A stretch of 30,576 nucleotides of DNA. Source: an uncultured Candidatus Saccharibacteria bacterium (GTDB taxonomy: Bacteria > Patescibacteriota > WWE3 > UBA101185 > UBA10185). Of this stretch, positions 20,411 through 27,809 are shown piece by piece. The notes below the pieces were generated by a model, which saw nothing but the letters and a program-made list of their open reading frames with translations, was not told where the DNA came from and ran no database searches. Position 1 is the first letter of the stretch; each line of letters begins with the position of its first letter. Made by a program: the position numbers and the translations under genes. The DNA lies in the NCBI GenBank assembly GCA_964573325.1, contig CAZNJL010000001.1, positions 1 to 30,576 on the forward strand, written 5' to 3'.

Positions 20411-20451
20411 CTAAAAAGTCGTAAACATAGTCCGCTATAGCTATAGTCGAC
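20411..20451. repeat. Degenerate direct repeat, copy 1
   Basis: ctaaaaagt..AAACATAGTCCGcTATaGCTatagTCGAC; contains the perfect palindrome CTATAGCTATAG (20435-20446). Confidence 0.6.
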
Positions 20452-20543
20452 CGGTATTGTAAACAACGTTTTCCTGTTATAACAATAAATATTCAGCCCT
20501 GCATTTTGGGAACATACCGAAATTTATTGAACTCTCTGATAAA

Positions 20544-20933
20544 TTAATTAAGTATACTATTTACATACAGGTTAACTTTTAGTTCTTGAGTATCCACTGA
20601 GAGAGAAAAATCTGTTGAACCAGCCCACGAACCGGCTGGTATTGCTCGGTAAACACCTCTGGATAAAGTAAAACGAGCAATCCCTTTTTCATCAGTGACG
20701 CCCGAAGTAACTAATTTTTTATCAACAGAACCGGCTGGATTAAGAAAATAAATCCCGATAGTATTCCCCGGAACAGCTTCCCCACTAAACCTATTTAGTA
20801 ATTTAATCTCCACATTATGATTTAGACCTGCATCTTGACGGAATTCTGCAGAATCATTACGCCCAAAGTAAAATATAAATCCTGCAAACAAAACTATTAA
20901 TGAGAAAATCAACAGTATCAATTTCCTTTTCAT
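20544..20933 (-). CDS. Membrane-anchored beta-sandwich protein (Cna-B/carboxypeptidase-regulatory-like)
   Basis: TM anchor followed by V.I.L.N...GEAVPG...G.TDEKG.ARF.L..G.Y; start moved to ATG 20933 (TATAAT 6 nt upstream). Confidence 0.7.
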   Translation of the reverse strand: MKRKLILLIFSLIVLFAGFIFYFGRNDSAEFRQDAGLNHNVEIKLLNRFSGEAVPGNTIGIYFLNPAGSVDKKLVTSGVTDEKGIARFTLSRGVYRAIPAGSWAGSTDFSLSVDTQELKVNLYVNSILN

Positions 20934-20957
20934 GAAATAATTATACACAAAAGCTTT

Positions 20958-20993
20958 CTAAAAAAGTTACAAACATAGTCCGTTATGCTCGAC
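20958..20993. repeat. Degenerate direct repeat, copy 2
   Basis: ctaaaaaagt..AAACATAGTCCGtTATGCTCGAC; the 12-bp core is identical to 20423-20434; a partial third copy AAGTCCTTATGCTC lies at 21006-21019. Confidence 0.6.
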
Positions 20994-21183
20994 TACTGAT
21001 CCAACAAGTCCTTATGCTCTTGCCTGTCAGCTATATACCTCAACTGCTTGGAAAACTCCGTTGTCTTCTAAATATATTATTACCAAAATAGTTCTCAATT
21101 ATTTTTAATGTTCAGCTAGTTTTCAGGTTACACCTATATAATGACTAAAGTAAAAATCTGAAAGAAGAAAGTGGGTGATACAT

Positions 21184-21588
21184 ATGAATAAAAAAATAAT
21201 GATGTTTGGAATCTCTTCCCTAGCTCTAATAGCAACAGCGTCTACCTTTTCGAAGGGGGTATTAGCATATCAGGGAGATTATACCCAAAGGGGACCCAAT
21301 TGTACTTCCGAAAGACACGAGGAAATGACAGCTGCGCTTGAGAGCAACGACTATTCTGCTTGGGCAGCGTTGATGAGAGGAAAAGGCCGGATCACTCAGG
21401 TTATCAGTGAGTCCAATTTCGCAAGATTTGCAGAAGCACATAGATTGGCTGAAGAAGGCAAATACGAAGAAGCCAATGCTATAAGGAAAGAGTTGGGGTT
21501 AAGAACAAAAGATGGCGAGCGTGTGGGCGCCGGATACAGACAAGGAAATGGCCAAGGAAAAAGAAACGGCCAATCGATAAGTAACTAA
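21184..21588 (+). CDS. Exported helical hypothetical protein with Gly-rich tail
   Basis: Signal peptide, RBS-like GGGTGA 7 nt upstream, single Cys (RGPNC), G/R/Q-rich C-terminus. Confidence 0.75.
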   Translation: MNKKIMMFGISSLALIATASTFSKGVLAYQGDYTQRGPNCTSERHEEMTAALESNDYSAWAALMRGKGRITQVISESNFARFAEAHRLAEEGKYEEANAIRKELGLRTKDGERVGAGYRQGNGQGKRNGQSISN

Positions 21589-21600
21589 AATTGAAAATAT

Positions 21601-21627
21601 AGTGGGTGATCATTATGATCACCCACT
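21601..21627. repeat. Perfect 13-bp inverted repeat between convergent genes (possible terminator)
   Basis: AGTGGGTGATCAT-T-ATGATCACCCACT. Confidence 0.7.
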
Positions 21628-21643
21628 CCAAAGATCGGATCAT

Positions 21644-22948
21644 CTAGCCAAACATAAGAAGTTCTGGTTTAAACAATAACAATATACCTACAGCTACCAT
21701 AAGCAAACCTCCCACAAACCTAGTGTGCTTCACATACTTCGTGGTAATACCGGTCATTCTTAGGGTTATCATTGCGACAAAGAACACAAATAAGTCGTCT
21801 AACATAAAAAACAGGATATACAAAAGGATATATAAATAGTAGTTCAGACCAACCATTTCATTCATAGACAATACCTGAGTATAAACGGCAGGCAATCCGG
21901 CCGAACATACCAACTCAACCAGATTAACCGCTAAAGCTAGTCCTACTATCCCGACTAAAGATAAAAGAAAAGACTTGTTAGAAGTTATTTTCCCCAAGTT
22001 ATCGAAAATTCTTCTTTTTTTCTCATCACCACCTATATCACACCCCGAGGGATCTTTGCTGAAAAATTTTCTTAGACTGCTGTAACCACCAAAGAAGGCT
22101 ATCAAGGCAATGGTAGTTCTCACCCAAGAGATATAACCCACAAATTGAAATAGACTAAGCCATGCCACCATAAAAATGAAGTAAGCAAATGCCGAGGCAA
22201 TAATAAATGATATTCCAAGAAACCACATTTTCTTTCTATCTTCCATAGCTATCAAAAGACTGATCAAAAAAAGCAACACCCACATAGCGCAGGGATTAAA
22301 TCCATCGAGAAAGCCGAGAACCACAGTCAATACAGGCAGAGATAGCTTTTCCATATCTATATTCCCAAATTGCGGGAGAGCCGGTTTGGCTATCTCTTCT
22401 GAAGGTGCGCACTTCTCTTCTTCAGATGAAATTATTGTGTCGGACAACTCATCTTCAATCACACTAACAGCATCTTTTTCAATTACAGATTCAGGACCAG
22501 TCGTTTCGTCGGTAATTCTTTCCCTCTCAGTTTTATCTATAACCTCAGTATCGGTAGGATTAAAAATATCAAGGCACCCATCTTGTTTATACTCCTCAAT
22601 CAATTTCACAATCTCCACGCCGGTAGTTTCTTCGCTCATATAACCGACAAGGTATTTATTGCCTATAATTAAAAAGGGAACGCCGCTTATCTCCACATCA
22701 AGTTTATCGGCTGCTTCCATAAGCTTTTCTCTTCCTTCCATATCGTTGTAAACCTCATAAGAATGCAGAATGATGCTATCGTCCACATCCGCTAAACCTT
22801 CCAGGAAATCCAGCTCTTTTGCACAATGAGGGCATCCTTGGCCATAAAAAAAATAGACGGTCACAACATCAGAAGCTTTAGCGTAGATATCAGATAGAAA
22901 AAGCAGGCTGCCAAATATCAAAGAGGCGATAAGTGTCTTAAGTCTCAT
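21644..22948 (-). CDS. Glutaredoxin/thioredoxin-fold domain fused to a DsbD/CcdA-like multi-TM domain
   Basis: Signal/TM, VYFFYGQGCPHC, acidic linker, then about six TM helices with DGFNPCAMWVL and VELVCSAGLP Cys motifs. Confidence 0.85.
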   Translation of the reverse strand: MRLKTLIASLIFGSLLFLSDIYAKASDVVTVYFFYGQGCPHCAKELDFLEGLADVDDSIILHSYEVYNDMEGREKLMEAADKLDVEISGVPFLIIGNKYLVGYMSEETTGVEIVKLIEEYKQDGCLDIFNPTDTEVIDKTERERITDETTGPESVIEKDAVSVIEDELSDTIISSEEEKCAPSEEIAKPALPQFGNIDMEKLSLPVLTVVLGFLDGFNPCAMWVLLFLISLLIAMEDRKKMWFLGISFIIASAFAYFIFMVAWLSLFQFVGYISWVRTTIALIAFFGGYSSLRKFFSKDPSGCDIGGDEKKRRIFDNLGKITSNKSFLLSLVGIVGLALAVNLVELVCSAGLPAVYTQVLSMNEMVGLNYYLYILLYILFFMLDDLFVFFVAMITLRMTGITTKYVKHTRFVGGLLMVAVGILLLFKPELLMFG

Positions 22949-22951
22949 ACA

Positions 22952-23221
22952 TTACTTATTAATGTTTTCTGAAATAGCCCTTAATAGCTGGCCTTTCTCG
23001 GCTTCCCCTGTAAATCTTAAAATCTCTTTGTTATCTTTATCCAGAAAAACACACACGGGCAACTTACTATCAATATTGAACATATCTACTGTCTCTTTAT
23101 CTTTGTCAAAATCATAGTACTCAGTTATCAAATTCGGTATTTCTTTTTCTATTTCTTCCCATTTAGGCCTCATGACAAGACATCCGGAACACCAAACTGC
23201 GCCAAACTTTAATACTTTCAT
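22952..23221 (-). CDS. Small thioredoxin-family protein
   Basis: KFGAVWCSGC, cis-Pro region LPVCVF, GGAG RBS; no signal peptide. Confidence 0.85.
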   Translation of the reverse strand: MKVLKFGAVWCSGCLVMRPKWEEIEKEIPNLITEYYDFDKDKETVDMFNIDSKLPVCVFLDKDNKEILRFTGEAEKGQLLRAISENINK

Positions 23222-23271
23222 ATATAAACTCCTATAAATAAGAGACTTTCTACTTAGTTATTACATTTACG

Positions 23272-23370
23272 CTATCTACCACCACCAATGCCATTATCAC
23301 CGCAAGGACCTTTACCTCTACTCATCTTTGAACCCCGGCCATAAGGTCCCATTTTACCTTTATTAGGCAC
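23272..23370 (-). CDS. 32-aa DUF5320-like peptide, absent from the ORF track
   Basis: GTG start; MPNKGKMGPYGRGSKMSRGKGPCGDNGIGGGR. It has 13 identities over the first 24 gapless positions with the 25929-26180 protein. Confidence 0.65.
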   Translation of the reverse strand: MPNKGKMGPYGRGSKMSRGKGPCGDNGIGGGR

Positions 23371-23397
23371 GTTCAACACTACTTTCCATAGACTTAA

Positions 23398-23411
23398 TGA
23401 ATACGTATTCA
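23398..23411. promoter_or_regulatory. Palindromic operator, copy 1
   Basis: Perfect palindrome TGAATACGTATTCA, directly after a minus-strand TGaTAACAT box; identical to 26209-26222. Confidence 0.8.
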
Positions 23412-23455
23412 ATGTTATCACCATCAAATGCTTTTTGGTAGTAAAATATAACTAT

Positions 23456-24421
23456 ATGAGATATGGGCATGGAAGACATGGTTTAGGAAGGGGGATGGGT
23501 CTGGGAAGAGGTGCCGGTGAGAAAAACTCGGGCTATGGTAGACAGCACACGCCTCGTGGCAAAGGCATAGGAAGAATGTTGAAAGAGGCGCAGAGGGGAG
23601 AGATAACAGAATATGAAGTTTATTCCAGGCTCGCGAAGTTAACACGAAATCAAGAAAACAGCAGGACACTGAAACTGCTCGCGGGGGAAGAAAGAGAACA
23701 TGCTAAATTTTGGAAAACACACACGAACGAGGAACTTAAACCCGACCGTCTGAAGGTTTTCTTTCATGTATTAATATCTAAAATGTTTGGTCTTAATTTT
23801 GGACTCAAGCTTATGGAAAGCGGGGAAGGAAGGGCCCAAATAAATTACAACGAGATATCAAAGGAAATCCCGGCGGCGGCACAAATAGAAAAGGATGAAT
23901 CAAAACACGAACATCAACTCCTGAACATGATAGATGATGCAAAGTTAAACTACGTAAGCTCTATGGTTCTGGGAGTAAGTGACGCGCTTGTTGAATTGAC
24001 CGGCGCACTAGCAGGTCTTACATTTGCACTCCAAAACACAAATCTTATCGCGTTAACAGGAATGATTACCGGAATCGCAGCGTCTTTTTCTATGAGCGGC
24101 TCTGAATATCTATCTACAAAATCAGAGGGTGGCGGCAAGAATCCTTTAAAAGCGGCCTTTTATACCGGGATAATGTATTTATTAACAGTTATTTTGCTCA
24201 TTTTACCTTATCTGTTGATAGAGCAAGTTTATTTATCTCTTGCTATAACTTTGGCAACCGCAATTCTTATAATCTTTTGTTTCACCTTCTACATTTCAGT
24301 AGCACAAGATATCCCTTTTAAAAAAAGGTTCTTGGAGATGACGGCCATAAGCCTGGGAGTGTCTACGCTGTCTTTTATGATAGGCATGTTTGTAAGAAAG
24401 TATTTTGATATAGAAATCTAG
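23456..24421 (+). CDS. Ferritin/erythrin-like di-iron domain fused to a VIT1/CCC1 transporter (MbfA-like architecture), with Gly/Arg-rich N-extension
   Basis: EITEYEVY, EEREH, DESKH ExxH motifs; VLGVSDALVELTGALAG and ASFSMSGSEYLS VIT1 motifs. Confidence 0.88.
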   Translation: MRYGHGRHGLGRGMGLGRGAGEKNSGYGRQHTPRGKGIGRMLKEAQRGEITEYEVYSRLAKLTRNQENSRTLKLLAGEEREHAKFWKTHTNEELKPDRLKVFFHVLISKMFGLNFGLKLMESGEGRAQINYNEISKEIPAAAQIEKDESKHEHQLLNMIDDAKLNYVSSMVLGVSDALVELTGALAGLTFALQNTNLIALTGMITGIAASFSMSGSEYLSTKSEGGGKNPLKAAFYTGIMYLLTVILLILPYLLIEQVYLSLAITLATAILIIFCFTFYISVAQDIPFKKRFLEMTAISLGVSTLSFMIGMFVRKYFDIEI

Positions 24422-24441
24422 AGTTAAATATTGAATGTTCT

Positions 24442-25566
24442 TCATCGTTCGTTTTCTGACCCGGCAACAAAAGAAGCTACAAGGGTTGTAATGGGAACAG
24501 CAACAATTAATCCTATACTACCAAGCAAAGTCCTTATTATTTCAGAAGATACTATTTCGTAATTTATTACTTCATTAAAAGATTTTGTGGAATCTATAAA
24601 CAGAAGTAGTAAAGGAAGAGAAGCGCCGACATACACAAGAATCAACGTGTTGATCATGGATGCTATATGATCCTTACCTACCTCCGTGGCTCGTTTAAAT
24701 AGCTCGGAAAAAGTAAATCTCCGATTCGCTTTTTTAAGCTGGAATACTATAGCTGATTGAGATATCGTAATATCGTCTAGAACACCTAGTACACCCACAA
24801 TAATCCCAGCTAACAATATTCCCTTCATATTAAATGTCCCTCCTTTAGCTATCTGTAAGAACGATGCTTCGTCTGTTGTAAAACCAGTCAACCTGGCACT
24901 GTTAACATAGATTGATGACAAAGCTATTGTTATAACCAGAGAAATAAGAGTGGCTATAATTGCCACACTGGTTTTTTTGTTTAAACCATGGGAAAGATAG
25001 AAATTGACTGGTATAGATATTATTGAGAACACTAATATTATAAAAATCACGTTGGATCCCGAACTTATCTTAGGTAAAACAAGAGAAAATAATGCCCAGA
25101 ATGTTATCGCCATACCAATTAAAGATGTAAAACCTCTCTTACCTGCCACTATCACTGATATCACCAGAAAGATCAAAAACAGAGATAATAAAGAACCTCT
25201 CCGCACATAATCACTTATATATAGATGCGTTTCACCGCCCTCACCTTGAGATCCCGTCAATACTAACACATCATTTTTGCTGTAATTTTGGGTAGTTGGC
25301 GTGTCCCCGAGCCCATTTTCAACCGTAAATATTTTTCCTTGAAGTTCATTATTTAAAATCTCAATTTCCAGCTTCTGATAATATCCTCCATGAGTATTTA
25401 GATGTTCTTCAATAACACTTCTAACCCTACCCTCATATGTTGTCTGAACATTAATTGATGTGTTTTCTTGTGCAAGAGAAATGCGGAAAGCGCCAAAAGC
25501 ACCTATAAGCAAAGAACAAGCGACAGCAATGGAAAACACTAATTTTTTGCATAGGATACTTTTCAT
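24442..25566 (-). CDS. YibE/F-family membrane protein
   Basis: DYVRRGSL, YLSHG.NKKT..AI..TL, IIVGVLGVLDDITISQ, GKDHIASMINTLILVYVGASLP, EIIRTLLGSIG. Confidence 0.9.
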   Translation of the reverse strand: MKSILCKKLVFSIAVACSLLIGAFGAFRISLAQENTSINVQTTYEGRVRSVIEEHLNTHGGYYQKLEIEILNNELQGKIFTVENGLGDTPTTQNYSKNDVLVLTGSQGEGGETHLYISDYVRRGSLLSLFLIFLVISVIVAGKRGFTSLIGMAITFWALFSLVLPKISSGSNVIFIILVFSIISIPVNFYLSHGLNKKTSVAIIATLISLVITIALSSIYVNSARLTGFTTDEASFLQIAKGGTFNMKGILLAGIIVGVLGVLDDITISQSAIVFQLKKANRRFTFSELFKRATEVGKDHIASMINTLILVYVGASLPLLLLFIDSTKSFNEVINYEIVSSEIIRTLLGSIGLIVAVPITTLVASFVAGSENER

Positions 25567-25574
25567 ATTATGGT

Positions 25575-25859
25575 CTACTTCTCATCTTCAGTTATCTTAA
25601 TAGCCTTACCATTGATCAGAGCATCAGCTGCTTTTTTGCATGCCAAGTCTATCGTTCTGGCAAAAGTTGGCTGTGATATATGCATTTTCTCAGCTGATTC
25701 TGTCTGATCCAGCTTATCCACTAAGTACAACTTCAGGGATTCCAATTCATCCGGGAACAAAACCACCTCCTCAAGTTCCCTCAAAGGGATCCCTTGCGGC
25801 TTAAAGTAACGTACATTCGGTTCAAAATGTAGACAACGCGGTATTCTTGGTCTAGACAT
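25575..25859 (-). CDS. DUF134 (UPF0251) HTH DNA-binding protein
   Basis: MSRPRIPRCL, YFKPQGIP, DELESLKL, DQTESAEKMHISQPTFAR, ADALINGKAIKI. Confidence 0.9.
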   Translation of the reverse strand: MSRPRIPRCLHFEPNVRYFKPQGIPLRELEEVVLFPDELESLKLYLVDKLDQTESAEKMHISQPTFARTIDLACKKAADALINGKAIKITEDEK

Positions 25860-25928
25860 ATTATTTTATACAGTGATTATACGACCATACCCCGGTTATG
25901 GTCTAGGAAGCCTGCCGAGGTATCGTTC

Positions 25929-26180
25929 TTACTCACCCTTGCTTAGCTCCACTTCTTCCTTTTTCACATTTTCTAATTCTTCCTCAAGAGCTTTCTTATA
26001 GTCAGCTAAAGATCTTTTTTGGTCGGTGGGCGTTTGCGACCGATTCCAGTCGGAGTATCTGCCCATACCTCTACCCATTCCAAATCCCTTCCTCCGACCC
26101 AAACCCATGCCACAAGGACCGAAACCTCTTCCTGTCATTGAACCTTGTCCCATAGGACCTGTTCTATCAAATCTTGGCAT
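25929..26180 (-). CDS. DUF5320-family small protein
   Basis: MPRFDRTGPMGQGSMTGRGFGPCG, Gly/Arg-rich middle, C-terminal coiled coil; GAGGTG RBS. Confidence 0.88.
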   Translation of the reverse strand: MPRFDRTGPMGQGSMTGRGFGPCGMGLGRRKGFGMGRGMGRYSDWNRSQTPTDQKRSLADYKKALEEELENVKKEEVELSKGE

Positions 26181-26208
26181 TTTTAATCACCTCTTTCAAT
26201 TAACTAAG

Positions 26209-26222
26209 TGAATACGTATTCA
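26209..26222. promoter_or_regulatory. Palindromic operator, copy 2
   Basis: TGAATACGTATTCA, overlapping the last base of the -10 box and the predicted transcription start. Confidence 0.8.
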
Positions 26223-26250
26223 TAATAATCCTCCTGTGATGTGATGTCAA
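26222..26250 (-). promoter_or_regulatory. Sigma70 promoter of the DUF5320-DUF134-YibE/F operon
   Basis: TTGACA (26250-26245), 17-bp spacer, TATTAT (26227-26222). Confidence 0.8.
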
Positions 26251-26449
26251 CCACTAGAAAATAATATATTTTTAAATAAATTACCCCCAACCTATACAAG
26301 GGATTTCAAATCAGAAACTTATAAATAATTTAATTGAAAAGTTCAACAGAGGCGCGGTTATAATATGTTCTAGGGCAAAGGAAAAGTGCAATTATAATCC
26401 TATCCGGTATTTGCAGATGTTTAACGGGTTCTGACTGTTTTACCAACCA

Positions 26450-27091
26450 CTAATCCGAGGAGTCCTCGTGTTCTTGCCTGCTAGCTATACCCCCCTCAAT
26501 CGCCCGCAAAGAAAGCTTGTAAACCTCTCCCGTTTCAGAAAAATCAGCCAACGCCTTATTAACAACTGGGATCAAGGCTTCGGCCGCAGCGGCTTTCTCA
26601 CTGTTTATTGAATACTTTGTAACCGTCCTTAAAAGTTTCTTTTCTTCGGTAGTGTTTAAGTAGCCTTTTTCCACCAAACTACGTTTTGAAATATGAATTA
26701 TGTGCCCCCAAGGCAGAGTCTCATCATTGGAAAGGAGATAATAAACCGCACTTCGAACTTTGTAATCATCCCCAATATTATTCAAAAGTTTAAGCTCTAT
26801 TCCTGACAAAGCATCGGGAGAATCTGAGGTTGCTTCCTTAAGCTTCGTGGCAAAAACATCCTTTCCGGGGAATATAAAAAGATTTTTGACATCTTTAATG
26901 GATAGCGAAATATAACCCTTTTCTTTAAGAAATACCAAGGCGACGGTTGCCATTAGGTTTCCCAATGGTTTAACAGGTATCTTTTCTCCCGTTGGGTGCT
27001 TTTCCATATTTGCTAACTTTGCCCGTTGTGAAATAAACTTGTCGGCAAATAAATACATTATTTCTGAGTATGTAAGATTAATGTTTTCCAT
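26450..27091 (-). CDS. Hypothetical protein, weak resemblance to the GPP34/GOLPH3 fold
   Basis: 213-aa ORF with TATAAT 7 nt upstream; L..KGYI and LVEKGYL...EEKKLL patterns. The family call is tentative. Confidence 0.55.
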   Translation of the reverse strand: MENINLTYSEIMYLFADKFISQRAKLANMEKHPTGEKIPVKPLGNLMATVALVFLKEKGYISLSIKDVKNLFIFPGKDVFATKLKEATSDSPDALSGIELKLLNNIGDDYKVRSAVYYLLSNDETLPWGHIIHISKRSLVEKGYLNTTEEKKLLRTVTKYSINSEKAAAAEALIPVVNKALADFSETGEVYKLSLRAIEGGIASRQEHEDSSD

Positions 27092-27193
27092 ATAACTTAT
27101 TATAGTCGGTTTATGGAACTTTTCTACTACTTGCTGGAATAAGGATAGATTAAATTATATAATGCGTGTACGAACCGCCGAAAGTAGAGAAAT

Positions 27194-27772
27194 ATGCAAA
27201 CTAAAGTCATAATAAGGACAGTAATAATCATTGCGACGGCGGGTGCCGGTTATTTTCTTTACAATTACAATTACAGTGGGAACATATCAACTAAACCCCA
27301 AAACCCCGAGAGTACTGATGAAGTTGAAAGTACTGACGAGGTTTTGACGCCAAATCAAGCAAATGTAGATACTTCCAACGAAAAAGACGCAACAACCGAA
27401 GTTCCTCAAATATCGGAAACAGATGTAATAAACCTGTTCTTTAGCCTAATCAATGAAAACAGGGTTCAAGAAGCAATAAACATGCTTAGCCCAAAACTTT
27501 CCGGTGATGATACTACCAAACAAGGCTGGGGCGTACAATTCAACGATATAAAATCCGTTAACGTGATGAGCATAGAGCCCGAAAACGAGCAGTATTGGGC
27601 TGATGATAACCACAAATATAAAGTAACGCTTGAAATATATGTTGACGCAAGCTCATCCGACGCACCTATACCTTTCTACGGTTGGGAAGACAATCCAAAT
27701 ATCAGGTGGATTACCTTGGTTAAAGAAAATGAAGGTATGTGGGAAGTTGACAGCATCGGCACCGGACCGTAG
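27194..27772 (+). CDS. Membrane-anchored protein with an NTF2-like C-terminal domain (DUF4829-like)
   Basis: TM anchor, acidic linker, VINLFFSLIN...YKVTLEI...ITLVKE...WEVDSIGTGP. Confidence 0.65.
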   Translation: MQTKVIIRTVIIIATAGAGYFLYNYNYSGNISTKPQNPESTDEVESTDEVLTPNQANVDTSNEKDATTEVPQISETDVINLFFSLINENRVQEAINMLSPKLSGDDTTKQGWGVQFNDIKSVNVMSIEPENEQYWADDNHKYKVTLEIYVDASSSDAPIPFYGWEDNPNIRWITLVKENEGMWEVDSIGTGP

Positions 27773-27809
27773 TTATCAAGTTAACCATAAATTATAGAAG
27801 CAAGTTCGT

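Noticed and set aside
20411-20993. XerC/D dif site or integron attC interpretation of the repeats
   Set aside because: The CATA-TATG spacing is 6 nt versus 8 nt in dif; there is no RYYYAAC...GTTRRRY stem; and no tyrosine recombinase is in the window.
18780-21200. attL/attR duplication of the tRNA-Pro 3' end
   Set aside because: No second copy of TCACCCCGACCA was found by eye, so island boundaries are not claimed.
25567-25905. 10-bp repeat TTATGGTCTA near the DUF134 and YibE/F starts
   Set aside because: It is short, one copy overlaps a stop codon, and it is plausibly chance in AT-rich DNA.
26340-26449. Plus-strand TATAAT boxes in the AT-rich gap, suggesting an sRNA
   Set aside because: No ORF, terminator or recognisable RNA structure follows.
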